NCBI GenBank assembly: GCA_044357485.1
Contig: JBIKPL010000002.1
Coordinates: 1 to 33,704, forward strand
Reading direction: 5' to 3'
Source: Cytophagales bacterium
GTDB taxonomy: Bacteria; Bacteroidota; Bacteroidia; Cytophagales; UBA9547
Length of the DNA: 33,704 bases
In this document: piece by piece, positions 1 to 9,741 of the stretch
Layout of the letters: each line of letters starts with the position of its first letter
Position numbering within the stretch: position 1 is the first letter of the stretch
Notes under the pieces: generated by a model
What the model saw: only the letters and a program-made list of their open reading frames with translations
Told to the model about the DNA's origin: nothing
Databases searched by the model: none
Made by a program: the position numbers and the translations under genes

Positions 1-1098
1 AGAAGGTTGGTAATTTCCGTTGGAGGAAGTAGCGCGATTGCTTGTCGTTGCAATATTCCTGAAAGGATCAAAGTTAACATTTAAGCCAAAATCTATGGAA
101 GGCACAATGTTATGGGTTCCCAAGGCCCGTTTGGTCGCAGCCAGCATGGTGCCATAAATTGAGCGCTCGTCCTCAAATTTAATTTCAGTTTTGGTAGGGT
201 GTACGTTAATATCAATTTTGGCGGGGTCAATTTCCATAAAAATAACATAAAATGGATAACTATCGTCTTGAAGTAATCCTTTGTACGATTCCATGACTGC
301 ATGGTGCAGGTAATTGTGTTTGATAAATCGGTTATTGGTAAAAAAATATTGCTCTCCACGTTTCTTTTTGGCATGATCTGGTTTGCCCACATAACCCCAA
401 ACCTTCAGGTAATTGGTTTCTTCTTCAATGGTAATGAGTTGTTCTTTGTAGGCATTGCCAAACAATGACACAATGCGTTGGCTTAGTTTACCCGCGGGCA
501 AATGGTAAACTTCGGTATCGTTATGGTAAAAAGAGAATTGTATCTCTGGAAAAGCCAAGGCAATTCTAGTGAATTCTTCAATGATATGGGCAAGTTCAAT
601 GGGGTTTGATTTTAAAAAATTTCTGCGTGCAGGGATATTATAAAATAAATTTTTAACCGCCACAGAAGTGCCTGACTCTGTGGCTATCGGACTTACTTCT
701 TTGGTTTCTGACCCCTCAATGCGCAGCAATACCCCTAAATCATCGCCACGTTTTTGGGTTTTTAATTCTACTTGCGCTACTGCCGCAATAGATGCCATTG
801 CCTCTCCCCTAAAACCCATGGTTTTGATGGAAAACAAATCATCTGTTTTGCTAATTTTAGACGTGGCGTGACGTTCAAAACACATTCTGGCATCATTTTC
901 TGACATGCCTATGCCATCGTCAATCACTTGCAATAGCACTTTGCCTGCTTCTTTGACAATTAATTGTATCGAAGTTGCCTGTGCATCAATGGCATTTTCC
1001 ATTAATTCTTTTACCACAGAAGCTGGCCGCTGTACTACTTCACCAGCAGCAATTTGATTTGCAAGGGAATCGGGTAACAATCGGATGATATCGGCCAC
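1..1098 (-). CDS. mutL: DNA mismatch repair protein MutL, N-terminal 366 codons (3' end lies beyond the window)
   Basis: The minus-strand frame is open from the GTG at 1096-1098 to nt 1. It is absent from the ORF track because there is no stop in the window. Translation reads [39 protein letters not shown]...[15 protein letters not shown]...[15 protein letters not shown]...[16 protein letters not shown], the GHKL ATPase and transducer region of MutL. Confidence 0.9.
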   Translation of the reverse strand, partial: MADIIRLLPDSLANQIAAGEVVQRPASVVKELMENAIDAQATSIQLIVKEAGKVLLQVIDDGIGMSENDARMCFERHATSKISKTDDLFSIKTMGFRGEAMASIAAVAQVELKTQKRGDDLGVLLRIEGSETKEVSPIATESGTSVAVKNLFYNIPARRNFLKSNPIELAHIIEEFTRIALAFPEIQFSFYHNDTEVYHLPAGKLSQRIVSLFGNAYKEQLITIEEETNYLKVWGYVGKPDHAKKKRGEQYFFTNNRFIKHNYLHHAVMESYKGLLQDDSYPFYVIFMEIDPAKIDINVHPTKTEIKFEDERSIYGTMLAATKRALGTHNIVPSIDFGLNVNFDPFRNIATTSNRATSSNGNYQPS

Positions 1099-1303
1099 AA
1101 CAGTAGTATTTAAGTGATGTAAAAATAATCAAAATTTTGATATTCTAAGATGACTCAGTACTATTCTTCAGGAATAATGCGTATTATTTTTGTATTGTTT
1201 TGTTTTGAATTGAAAGGCAAATAGTTAAAATTTTAATCTGATTGCTTTCTTATCTTTGGCTTAAAAAAATATTGATACAATCGTTGATGCAATAGTTTTA
1301 ACG

Positions 1304-2338
1304 TTATGATTTCGTTTGTTTATTCAACAAATAAACCCCAAAAAAATAGGCACTTCCACCGATAAGCACAATTTGTAATACCTGAATGGCATGCGCTAAA
1401 CCTGCAAAAGATGCTGCCATGTTTTCGGGTAAACCATACAACATTAAACCCTGCGTGACCATAAAATGAAAAGCACCCACACCTCCAGGCACAGGGGCAA
1501 CCATACCCAAACTGCCAACTACAAATAAGGCAAGTGCCACATTTACACCCAAATGAGCGGTAGTTTTAAAAGCAAAAAATAGAAAATATACGGTACAAAA
1601 GTACATGGCCCATATCAACACTGTATGGAAAACAAAAGACCATTTGTGTTCTACATCTTTGATACTTGCAATGCCCTTCATTAATCCAATGCGGAATGAA
1701 AGGATGTTTTGAATAAACGCGTTTTGTCTAATTTTTTCTTTTAACCAAAAACCAATCATGGCGATGATCATCAATGCACCGAATAGCCAATAGAGATAAT
1801 CATGTTGTGGTGCTTGGCTCGTTTTGCTTGCAAATAATCCCATGATAAACCCACCAAGCTTGTCAAACTCTAGAATGATGGTAATGAAAACAATTACAAT
1901 GAGGCAAAGTAAATCTATAATTCTTTCGGTTACTACGGTCCCAATGGCTGTTTCAATTGGCACCTGATCAGATTTATATAAAATTGCACAGCGCGAAACT
2001 TCTCCTGCCCTGGTTACGATTAAGTTGGCTAAATAACCCATCATCACCGCATAAAAATTTCTAAATAAGGATGGTTGATGGCCCAATGGTTTCAGTAATA
2101 GGTTCCAGCGGTAGGCTCTTGCTACATGAGAAACTAATGCCGCCACAAAACATAAACCTACCCAAAAAAAGTTGGCATTTTTCAATTCCACCAAAAGGGT
2201 AGACAAGTCTTGCTTGTGGTAAACCCACCACAATAAACCCACGCCCAAACTTAGCGATAAAATATACTTGATACCGTTTTTAAGGTGCTTCATAACTATC
2301 ATTAATTTATTTGAATCATTAAATTGGTATGATTCCAA
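1304..2338 (-). CDS. Multi-pass membrane protein, LPG-synthase-TM / flippase-like (UPF0104) family
   Basis: 344-aa ORF with about 8 hydrophobic segments and the family-typical ARAYRWNLLLKPLG motif. It starts 5 nt after the panD stop, so it is probably co-transcribed with panCD. Confidence 0.6.
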   Translation of the reverse strand: MESYQFNDSNKLMIVMKHLKNGIKYILSLSLGVGLLWWVYHKQDLSTLLVELKNANFFWVGLCFVAALVSHVARAYRWNLLLKPLGHQPSLFRNFYAVMMGYLANLIVTRAGEVSRCAILYKSDQVPIETAIGTVVTERIIDLLCLIVIVFITIILEFDKLGGFIMGLFASKTSQAPQHDYLYWLFGALMIIAMIGFWLKEKIRQNAFIQNILSFRIGLMKGIASIKDVEHKWSFVFHTVLIWAMYFCTVYFLFFAFKTTAHLGVNVALALFVVGSLGMVAPVPGGVGAFHFMVTQGLMLYGLPENMAASFAGLAHAIQVLQIVLIGGSAYFFGVYLLNKQTKS

Positions 2339-2343
2339 TCAAA

Positions 2344-2691
2344 TTAGAGTAGTTGATTGTTTTCATCTGGAAACAACAACACCGGCTGGTGCGTTTTAGC
2401 TTCTTCAGGGGTCATGCTTGCATAAGCAATGATAATGACAATATCACCTGCTTGGCATTTTCGTGCTGCTGGCCCATTCATACAAATTACTCCAGACCCT
2501 CGTTGTCCTTTAATCACATAAGTTTCAAGACGTTCCCCGTTATTGAGGTTCACCACCTGCACTTTTTGATTTTCGATGATACTTGCTGCGTCCATCAATT
2601 GCTCATCAATAGTGATGCTTCCTACATAGTGTAGTTCTGCCTGAGTAATTTTTACGCGATGTATTTTTGATTTTAAAACTTCAATAAACAT
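2344..2691 (-). CDS. panD: Aspartate 1-decarboxylase
   Basis: 115 aa. The sequence [30 protein letters not shown]...ERLETYVI...[13 protein letters not shown] is the PanD signature, including the self-processing G-S site (VGSIT). Confidence 0.95.
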   Translation of the reverse strand: MFIEVLKSKIHRVKITQAELHYVGSITIDEQLMDAASIIENQKVQVVNLNNGERLETYVIKGQRGSGVICMNGPAARKCQAGDIVIIIAYASMTPEEAKTHQPVLLFPDENNQLL

Positions 2692-2725
2692 TTGTTTCTA
2701 TATTTTGCCCCAAACCAAGGCAAAG

Positions 2726-3577
2726 CTAAGCATTAAAAATAATATTATCGATAAGTCTGATGTCATCAATATAACATGCAACACAAATTGCTACTTTTTG
2801 CCCTTCTTGAATGGTTTTTATTTCCGTTAAATTATTGGGATCAACTAATTGATAATATTCTAATTGAATAGCTGATGCGGTATATAATTGGGCTATTTCT
2901 TCATAAATTTCAGGAATAGTTTTTTTATTTTTTAGCAAAGATTCTCCCAGTTGTAATGATTTAAAAATAATGGGAGCAAGGGCTCTTTGATTTTTATTTA
3001 ACCGGGTATTGCGCGATGACATGGCTAGTCCATCTGATTCTCTAATAATTGCACAACAATGTAAAGTCAATTGGAAACTTAAATCGTTTACCAGTGTTTT
3101 AATCACGGCAAATTGTTGTAAATCTTTTTGCCCAAAAAAAGCATGGTCAGGTTGAACGATGTTGAATAATTTAGCAACCACGATGCCCACACCATTAAAA
3201 TGGCCTGGTCTGAAAGCACCTTCTAGGATGTTTTCTAATGGTCCGAAGTCAAAACGTATCTGCGTTTTGGAAGCGTACATTTCTGTTACTTCAGGACAAA
3301 ACAAAATATCGCAGCCTGCATGTAGGAGTAATTCGGTATCGTTTGCAATGGTTCTAGGGTATTTGGCAAGATCATCGGCTTTGTTAAATTGGGTAGGGTT
3401 GACAAAAATACTACAGATGACAACTTCACAAATGGCTTTTGCTGAAGCTATTAAGGATAAATGTCCTTGGTGTAAGGCGCCCATGGTAGGTACAAAGCCA
3501 AGTTTTTTTTGCTCCACTTGATGTTGTTGTAATACTAACTGTAAGTCTTTTATCGTTGATACTACGCGCATATACAA
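2726..3577 (-). CDS. panC: Pantoate--beta-alanine ligase
   Basis: 283 aa with PTMGALHQGHLSL (HIGH-like motif), FGQKDLQQ and MSSRN, all typical of PanC. The true start may be the ATG at 3571 (MRVVSTIKDL). Confidence 0.95.
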   Translation of the reverse strand: MYMRVVSTIKDLQLVLQQHQVEQKKLGFVPTMGALHQGHLSLIASAKAICEVVICSIFVNPTQFNKADDLAKYPRTIANDTELLLHAGCDILFCPEVTEMYASKTQIRFDFGPLENILEGAFRPGHFNGVGIVVAKLFNIVQPDHAFFGQKDLQQFAVIKTLVNDLSFQLTLHCCAIIRESDGLAMSSRNTRLNKNQRALAPIIFKSLQLGESLLKNKKTIPEIYEEIAQLYTASAIQLEYYQLVDPNNLTEIKTIQEGQKVAICVACYIDDIRLIDNIIFNA

Positions 3578-3710
3578 ATTATTCTAGTGATTAATTTAAT
3601 CGGTCAATATTACGTTTAAAAACTTAAAAACTTGAATATGTGGAGAAAAAAATGTAATTTTACGAACCCTAACCTATGAGCAAATCTTTGTAGTTAGTTA
3701 AACGAGCCCT

Positions 3711-4523
3711 ATGTCTAAAGTAAGAGTTTTGTATGTAGCCAGTGAAATGAATCCATTTCTGGAAACAAGTAAAGTTGCTGATTTCTTAAGAAAGTTGCCT
3801 CAGGAAATCCAAGAAAGGGGAATGGAAGTGCGAATTTTAGTTCCTCGTTTTGGTATAATTAATGAAAGAAAGAATAGATTGCATGAAGTTGTAAGATTAT
3901 CAGGCATCAATATTTCTGTTGGTGACGAAGAAAAACCTTTGATTATCAAGGTTGCTTCTGTGCCAAATGCTAAATTACAAGTGTATTTTATTGACAATGA
4001 TGACTATTTTCACAGAAAATCAGTTTTCTTTGACAAAGACAACATTGCCCATACTGACAATGACGAAAGAGCCATCTTCTTTTGTAAAGGCGTATTGGAA
4101 ACTGTTAAAAAATTAGGATGGTCTCCAGATATTGTACATTGTAACGATTGGATGACAGGTTTGATTCCGCTTTATCTTAAAACAACGTACAAAAAAGACC
4201 CTATCTTCAAAGACACTAAATCTATTTTCTCTGTGTATAACAACTCTATGGAGTTGAAATTTGAAGGCGATTTGACCAAAAAAGTTAAAATGTTGGATAT
4301 TGAAGACAGCATGTTAGGTCACTTAGAAACATTGAGTTACGAAGGTTTTGTGAAAATTGGTATTGAATATGCCGATTTAGTAATACAGGCCGAAGAAGAA
4401 CTGAATGAAGGCTTAATTAATATTTTCAAAACTACGGAAGCTAAAAATAAGCATCAAATCAATATGTTAGCGGAAGATGTTACGGAATCGCATTTCAATA
4501 TTTACCATGAACTTCTTGCTTAG
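3711..4523 (+). CDS. Half-size glycogen/starch-synthase-like protein (GT5 N-terminal domain only)
   Basis: 270 aa. The N-terminus KVRVLYVASEMNPFLETSKVADF aligns by eye to GlgA (VASE..P..KTGGLADV), but the KTGGL motif reads ETSKV. There is no C-terminal GT-B half. The position divergent from panC and followed by a DUF4270-like gene is typical of Bacteroidota. Confidence 0.7.
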   Translation: MSKVRVLYVASEMNPFLETSKVADFLRKLPQEIQERGMEVRILVPRFGIINERKNRLHEVVRLSGINISVGDEEKPLIIKVASVPNAKLQVYFIDNDDYFHRKSVFFDKDNIAHTDNDERAIFFCKGVLETVKKLGWSPDIVHCNDWMTGLIPLYLKTTYKKDPIFKDTKSIFSVYNNSMELKFEGDLTKKVKMLDIEDSMLGHLETLSYEGFVKIGIEYADLVIQAEEELNEGLINIFKTTEAKNKHQINMLAEDVTESHFNIYHELLA

Positions 4524-5802
4524 AACAATAGTTGCTACCTTTTTAGTGTCCTCTGTTTTAGTGGCTTGTAAAAATAATTCAAGAATTGGCCTTGAGGTAG
4601 CTCCTCAAGGCCAAAATATTGGAACCTACATGCAAGACACATTTACGGTAAATGTTTCTACGATTTTGCTCGACACCATTGCCACTACCAAAACTGGCAA
4701 TCTTTGGGTTGGCGATTATACTGATCCTAATTTTGGTGTTTTAAGTGCTCAAACGTACTCCCAATTAATCCTTGGTAGTCCTGGCGTAAATCTACCAGAA
4801 GGTGCTGTATTTGATTCGCTCTCCTTTATTCTTAAATATGGTGACTTGAAGTTTGGGGACACCACAAAGCCTTTTGGCCTTGCTATTTATCAACTGACGG
4901 ATACCCTCAACAGCAATGCTACTTACTATCATAATTCAACCATTGCTTACAATGCTACGGCCATTGGGAATGCTACTTTTAACCCTGCTACTTTTGTAAG
5001 CAGAAATCAAGATAGTATTCATATTAAATTAAACGATGCCCTTGGTCAAGATTTATTTTCTAAATTTGGTTCTGCCACTTTAAGTACACAAGCCAATTTT
5101 AATGCTTATTTTAAAGGAATTCTTTTGGCTTCAGACGGACTAAATGCGTCTATTATTGGTGGTTCATTTACTTCAACACGTTTGAGTCGAATGGTTTTGT
5201 ATTGTCATAAGGCTGCCGAACCAGGGAATTCAATACGCTATGAATTTCCGATTAGTACCCTTGCAAAAAAATTCACTCATTACGATAACAATAGATCCAA
5301 TACCCCTTTGGCTGGTTTAGTAAATGTTAAAGATAGTGTGAGTGCATTGGCGAGTTCAGTGGCTGTAATTCAAGCGGGAGCTAGGCTTGGGGTTAAAATT
5401 AACATTCCTAACCTTAAAAGACTTCGGGAGCAATTAGGCAACGTGGCCATTAACAGGGCAGAACTTATTATTCGTCCTATTGCCATTCCTAATACAGGCA
5501 CAAATCAAGCCCCATTTTTGATTATGCATCAGTTAACGGCCAACAATTTGTTATATCCAGTACAAATAGACGGCTACAGCATTGCTGGAACTTCCTATTC
5601 ACAAATTATAGCGTATGATTATACCAGCAATCAATACAGTGTATTTTTAACTGATTATGTGCAGTCGTTGTTGTATGATAAGGCAAGTCCTAATTATATT
5701 TTAAGTGGTTCTGTTTCTAGCCCTGGTAATTTCGTGTTAGGGAATCAAAAGCATCCTACAGGCGCCATTAAACTAAAACTCTATTATACCAAAATTGATT
5801 AA
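4507..5802 (+). CDS. Lipoprotein, DUF4270-like
   Basis: The track ORF starts at 4477, but the ATG at 4507 gives MNFLLRTIVATFLVSSVLVAC-KNN, a lipoprotein signal with a lipobox Cys. It overlaps the upstream stop (4521-4523) by 17 nt. The family assignment rests on position and overall resemblance only. Confidence 0.6.
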   Translation: MNFLLRTIVATFLVSSVLVACKNNSRIGLEVAPQGQNIGTYMQDTFTVNVSTILLDTIATTKTGNLWVGDYTDPNFGVLSAQTYSQLILGSPGVNLPEGAVFDSLSFILKYGDLKFGDTTKPFGLAIYQLTDTLNSNATYYHNSTIAYNATAIGNATFNPATFVSRNQDSIHIKLNDALGQDLFSKFGSATLSTQANFNAYFKGILLASDGLNASIIGGSFTSTRLSRMVLYCHKAAEPGNSIRYEFPISTLAKKFTHYDNNRSNTPLAGLVNVKDSVSALASSVAVIQAGARLGVKINIPNLKRLREQLGNVAINRAELIIRPIAIPNTGTNQAPFLIMHQLTANNLLYPVQIDGYSIAGTSYSQIIAYDYTSNQYSVFLTDYVQSLLYDKASPNYILSGSVSSPGNFVLGNQKHPTGAIKLKLYYTKID

Positions 5803-5855
5803 TCGTATGGTTCTAGATTATTTTCTGTAGGGAGAGATATTTAGTTGGTATAGGT

Positions 5856-5981
5856 GGGCGTTTCCCTTTGGGTCGGGCTATCAGCACTCGCTTTTTTTAC
5901 TTTGTATCGAGCCTTCATGATCAAACTACGATTGCAATACAAAGTAAAAAAGTGCTCAAACAATGCTTCTATCCCTAACGC
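5856..5981. repeat. Intergenic repeat element, copy A (long form with internal hairpin)
   Basis: Termini GGCGTTTCCCTTTGGGTCGGGCTATC (5857-5882) and GCTTCTATCCCTAACGC (5965-5981) match the reverse complement of copy B at 22/26 and 14/17 positions. The internal imperfect hairpin pairs 5884-5907 with 5937-5955. Confidence 0.65.
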
Positions 5982-6148
5982 TAAAACTCGAATAACATCG
6001 ATGTGTTTTGAAAAAGGAATGCATTACAGAAATGCTAAAAATAGCACCTTTTGGTACTTAAAAAACAAATTATAATCATCTATACTATAAATATACTAGT
6101 TTCTGTGTAGTATACTCATGGCAACCATACCCCAAAAAATTAACGAAG

Positions 6149-6529
6149 ATGTCTAAAGTAATTATCAACAGCAGTAATGCTCCCGCGCCAATTGGTCCTT
6201 ATAGCCAAGCGGTTTTGGCAAATAATACCCTCTATGTTTCAGGACAAGTTTGTTTTGATCCAATTTCTGGCGCTTTGGTTAATGCCGATATTGTTTCAGA
6301 AACCCATAGGGTAATGCAAAACTTACAAGCGATTTTAACGGAAGCAGGTGCTACGTTTGCCCATGTGGTTAAATGCACCATTTTTGTGAAAGACCTTACT
6401 AATTTTGTGGCCATTAATGGTGCCTACGGCGAATATTTTGATGAAAATCCTCCTGCGAGAGAAACGGTAGAAGTGAGTCGATTGCCACGCGATGTGAATG
6501 TTGAAATATCTTGTATTGCAGTACTTTAA
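6149..6529 (+). CDS. ridA: RidA/YjgF family reactive-intermediate deaminase
   Basis: 126 aa with APAPIGPYSQAV...LYVSGQ...PARETVEVSRLPRDVNVEI, the canonical RidA family pattern. Confidence 0.9.
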   Translation: MSKVIINSSNAPAPIGPYSQAVLANNTLYVSGQVCFDPISGALVNADIVSETHRVMQNLQAILTEAGATFAHVVKCTIFVKDLTNFVAINGAYGEYFDENPPARETVEVSRLPRDVNVEISCIAVL

Positions 6530-6536
6530 TCTTTAG

Positions 6537-6581
6537 GTTAGCTTTACAACCATGTGTTTGTTGTAAAGCTAACTGTTTTTT
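6537..6581. terminator. Hairpin terminator shared by convergent ridA and rlmH
   Basis: A perfect 14-bp stem, GTTAGCTTTACAAC (6537-6550) with GTTGTAAAGCTAAC (6560-6573), a 9-nt loop, then TGTTTTTT. It lies between the two stop codons. Confidence 0.65.
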
Positions 6582-6584
6582 AAG

Positions 6585-7058
6585 CTATTCATGGTGGTAT
6601 GGTTCTCCTTTTAAAATGGTGTAGGCCCTATACAATTGTTCTACAAAAATAAGCCTTACCATTTGATGAGAAAAAGTCATTGCTGAAAGTGATATTTTTC
6701 CATTTGCACGTTGATGCAAGCTTTCCTCAAAACCATAAGGGCCTCCAACTACCATTACCAAATTGCTAGTACTATTGATTTGGAGCTTTTCAATAAATGT
6801 AGAAAATCCTACTGACGAATATGTTTTGCCATGTTCATCAAGCAATAATACATAATCGGTGTTTTTAAGTTGTTTAGCAATTAAATCGGCTTCTGCCTTT
6901 TTTTGTTGGGCTTGACTTAAACTTTTTGTGTTTTTAAGCTCAGGAATTACTTTGAGTTCGAATGAGGTATAATGTTTAAGTCTGTTGAGGTAATTGGTAA
7001 TTCCCTCAATCAGCCATTTTTCTTCTGTTTTGCCAATAACAAGTAAGGTGATTTTCAT
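6585..7058 (-). CDS. rlmH: 23S rRNA (pseudouridine1915-N3)-methyltransferase
   Basis: 157 aa SPOUT-type protein: MKITLLVIGKT...LLDEHGK...VVGGPYGF...LSLSAMTFSHQMVRLIFVEQLYRA. Confidence 0.9.
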   Translation of the reverse strand: MKITLLVIGKTEEKWLIEGITNYLNRLKHYTSFELKVIPELKNTKSLSQAQQKKAEADLIAKQLKNTDYVLLLDEHGKTYSSVGFSTFIEKLQINSTSNLVMVVGGPYGFEESLHQRANGKISLSAMTFSHQMVRLIFVEQLYRAYTILKGEPYHHE

Positions 7059-7103
7059 CGTACGTAGATTTTATCCATTCATTTAGGAGGTTCCTGCTTT
7101 TTT

Positions 7104-7179
7104 GCGTGAAGGATAGCAGCGAAAAGCCCGGAGCAAAGCGAGGACTTGTAGCGAATAGCCTGACCCAAAGGGGCACGCC
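7104..7179. repeat. Intergenic repeat element, copy B (short form, inverted relative to copy A)
   Basis: The reverse complement reads GGCGTGCCCCTTTGGGTCAGGCTATTCGCTACAAGTCCTCGCTTTGCTCCGGGCTTTTCGCTGCTATCCTTCACGC. It has 5-nt inverted ends GCGTG...CACGC and an internal direct half-repeat (GGCTATTCGCTAC / GGCTTTTCGCTGC). Confidence 0.65.
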
Positions 7180-7343
7180 TCAACAATCCAACAACTGTAT
7201 ATTCATTTGATACTGTACTTAGGGTAGACGTCAATGAATATTTTTTTGAATATAGCCATAATCAAAACCATTTGTACCATTGTAGTTGATGTAATGCCCA
7301 TGTTGAATACTTGGGCACCTATAACGTACTGGCATCATCGATG

Positions 7344-9461
7344 TTAGCTCATCAATGCAAATACCATCCAACTTGAAAAATAAGCCAATCCGGTCATGTA
7401 CACCAATTGCATGGCCGGCCAAATCCAAGATTTTGTTTCGCGGTACACGACGGCAATGGTACTCATGCATTGCATGGCAAAGACATAAAAAATAAGCAAA
7501 GACATCGCTAAAGCAGGCGTATACATGATGGTGCCTGTTTTGGGATTTACTTCTGCTTGCATACGTTTAACGATGGTGTTTTCATTTTCGACATCGGCTC
7601 CAATGCTATAGATGGTTGACATGGTTCCAATAAAAACTTCGCGTGCGGCAAATGAAGTAATGAGGGCAATGCCAATTTTCCAATCAAAACCTAAGGGAGC
7701 AATGGCAGGCTCAATAAATTTTCCAAAAGTACCCGCGTAAGAGGCTTCCAGTTTATGCGAAGCCACTAAATTGGTCGTTTGTGCATCGGTCAATTGTTGG
7801 ATTTTAGCCATTGTTTTGGCTTTGTCAGCGGCTTCTAAGATCGTGTTTCCTGGTCCATAAGAAGCCAATACCCATAATACGATAGAAATGGCTACAATAA
7901 TTTTACCCGCTTCAAAAACAAAAGCTTTCACTTTTTCTAAAATGGTTAAGCCAACATTTTTCCATCGGGGTACTTTATAGCCTGGCATTTCCATTACAAA
8001 ATAACTGCGTTCTTTGCTTTTTAATAATATTTGCATCAATTTGGCCGTGATGATGGCCGCAAAAAAACCAATTAAATACAAGCCCATCAAAGCCAAACCT
8101 TGCATGTTGAATACGCCTAATACATAATGTTCGGGCACAATTAGGGCAATTAAAACGGTAAATACAGGAATACGTGCAGAACAACTGATGAGTGGTGTTA
8201 CAAAAATGGTAATCATTCTTTCTTTCCAGTTGTCGATGTTGCGGGTAGCCATAATGGCGGGCACCGCACAAGCCACACTCGATACCAATGGTACCACACT
8301 TTTGCCATTTAAGCCAAATTGACGCATAAGTTTATCCATGATAAACATCACCCTGGCCATATAACCCGATTCTTCTAAAATGGCAATGAAAGCAAATAAT
8401 ATGGCAATTTGAGGTATAAAAATAAGTACACCACCAAGGCCCGTAATTAAACCTTCGGTTAATAAATTTACAGCCGGACCGGCGGGTAATGCCTCGATAA
8501 GGAAGGCATTGAGTTTACTTATCCCGAGGTCAATCCATTCCATCGGAATGCTTGCCCAGGCAAAAATGGCTTGAAATATTAAAAATAAGGTTGCAAAGAA
8601 AATCAAATAGCCCCAAATTTTATGGGTCAATACATGGTCAAGTTTTTTACTGATGGTGTCAACGGTATTGAGTTGTTTTTGTACCACCACTTCCCCGATT
8701 AAAGTGCTTAGGTATTGGTACCTGGCAATGGTTTCTTTGGCCTGCAAAGCACTGCTATCAAAACCATATTTTTGACAAATATTTTTAACGGTATTTTTTT
8801 CTGAGGCCGATAAATGAGGCATTTTATCATACATGTGTGCTGTAAGAAAAGCAACATAGGTATTCGAAATGTTTAATTGGGTAACAATGTCAGCGATTAC
8901 ATGTTCAGCAAAAAGGCTAGGGTTAAAAAATCCGGGGCTTTGTTTTACCCGTGATGCTAAAGTCGCCACTTTTAACCAATCAATGCCTTCACCGGTTCTT
9001 GCATTAATGGCCACTACAGGTACGCCTAGTTTTGCTTTTAATTGATCAATATTAATCGTAATGCCTTGACGTTTGGCAACATCCATCATGTTGATAGCCA
9101 AAACGATAGGGATGCCTAAATCTTTGATTTCTGTAAATAACAGTAAGTTGCGTTTTAGGTTAGCGGCATCAACCACGACAATAATGGTGTCGGGGTAATT
9201 TTTATCTTGAGGATTGGTAAGAATATCAAAAACGACTTGCTCATCTTGCGATTTTGGATAAAGACTATAAGTGCCTGGTAAATCTATGATTTCAGCATTT
9301 ACATGCTCTACCATAATACAAGAACCTGTTTTTTTATCGACCGTTACTCCAGGGAAATTGCCTATTTTTTGATTTAAGCCAGTAAGATGGTTAAATAGCG
9401 ATGATTTCCCCGCATTTGGGTTGCCGATGAGCGCTATTTTGGGATGTGTATTTACTGGCAT
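7344..9461 (-). CDS. feoB: Ferrous iron transporter B
   Basis: 705 aa. The N-terminal G-domain has GNPNAGKSSLFN and DLPGTYSL, followed by a multi-pass membrane domain typical of FeoB. Confidence 0.95.
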   Translation of the reverse strand: MPVNTHPKIALIGNPNAGKSSLFNHLTGLNQKIGNFPGVTVDKKTGSCIMVEHVNAEIIDLPGTYSLYPKSQDEQVVFDILTNPQDKNYPDTIIVVVDAANLKRNLLLFTEIKDLGIPIVLAINMMDVAKRQGITINIDQLKAKLGVPVVAINARTGEGIDWLKVATLASRVKQSPGFFNPSLFAEHVIADIVTQLNISNTYVAFLTAHMYDKMPHLSASEKNTVKNICQKYGFDSSALQAKETIARYQYLSTLIGEVVVQKQLNTVDTISKKLDHVLTHKIWGYLIFFATLFLIFQAIFAWASIPMEWIDLGISKLNAFLIEALPAGPAVNLLTEGLITGLGGVLIFIPQIAILFAFIAILEESGYMARVMFIMDKLMRQFGLNGKSVVPLVSSVACAVPAIMATRNIDNWKERMITIFVTPLISCSARIPVFTVLIALIVPEHYVLGVFNMQGLALMGLYLIGFFAAIITAKLMQILLKSKERSYFVMEMPGYKVPRWKNVGLTILEKVKAFVFEAGKIIVAISIVLWVLASYGPGNTILEAADKAKTMAKIQQLTDAQTTNLVASHKLEASYAGTFGKFIEPAIAPLGFDWKIGIALITSFAAREVFIGTMSTIYSIGADVENENTIVKRMQAEVNPKTGTIMYTPALAMSLLIFYVFAMQCMSTIAVVYRETKSWIWPAMQLVYMTGLAYFSSWMVFALMS

Positions 9462-9504
9462 TTTTAAGTTGTTAATCTTAATTGAATTGGGAATGCTAAA
9501 ATAA

Positions 9505-9741
9505 TTAAACCAATAGTACGGTTGCCGCTTCTTCTAGCCGTATGGCCAATCGATAGCCAGAAACATTGATACAAATGGGGCAGCCAAGTGGGGCAATCGA
9601 ATCAAGTTCTATTTTACTACCGGGCAAGCAGCCCATTTCTAATAATTTTAAAGACATCAATTCATCAGTAAAGCCACTCACTATTCCCGTTTCTCCAATA
9701 TGGAGGGAGGCAATAGTTTTATGTTTTACCAAGTTGCTCAT
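9505..9741 (-). CDS. feoA: Ferrous iron transport protein A
   Basis: 78-aa FeoA/DtxR-SH3-like domain (LLEMGCLPGSKIEL...GYRLAIRLEEA), immediately upstream of feoB. Confidence 0.9.
   Translation of the reverse strand: MSNLVKHKTIASLHIGETGIVSGFTDELMSLKLLEMGCLPGSKIELDSIAPLGCPICINVSGYRLAIRLEEAATVLLV

Noticed and set aside
93-871. Track ORFs 93-392 (minus) and 668-871 (plus)
   Set aside because: Both lie inside the clearly readable mutL frame, one in a different frame and one on the opposite strand. Their translations have no recognisable features. They are shadow ORFs.
1128-1141. Perfect 14-nt palindrome ATCAAAATTTTGAT 30 nt upstream of the mutL GTG
   Set aside because: Purely A/T-rich palindromes of this size are expected by chance in low-GC intergenic DNA. 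I know of no regulator of mutL that would bind it.
2353-3521. Plus-strand ORFs 2353-2634 and 3159-3521
   Set aside because: They are antisense to panD and panC, whose translations are unambiguous. Their composition is odd and Cys/Ser-rich.
4477-4506. Upstream start (4477) for the DUF4270-like ORF
   Set aside because: The extra ten residues (MLRNRISIFT) precede a canonical lipoprotein signal that begins at the ATG at 4507. The longer form would bury the signal peptide and overlap the upstream gene by 47 nt.
5854-6075. 73-aa ORF starting with GTG in the intergenic region
   Set aside because: It begins inside repeat copy A and reads through its hairpin. The product is basic and low-complexity. 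It is more likely non-coding repeat sequence.
7231-7470. 79-aa minus-strand ORF overlapping the feoB 3' end
   Set aside because: It overlaps feoB by about 125 nt in another frame, gives a His/Cys-rich unstructured-looking translation and has no independent support.
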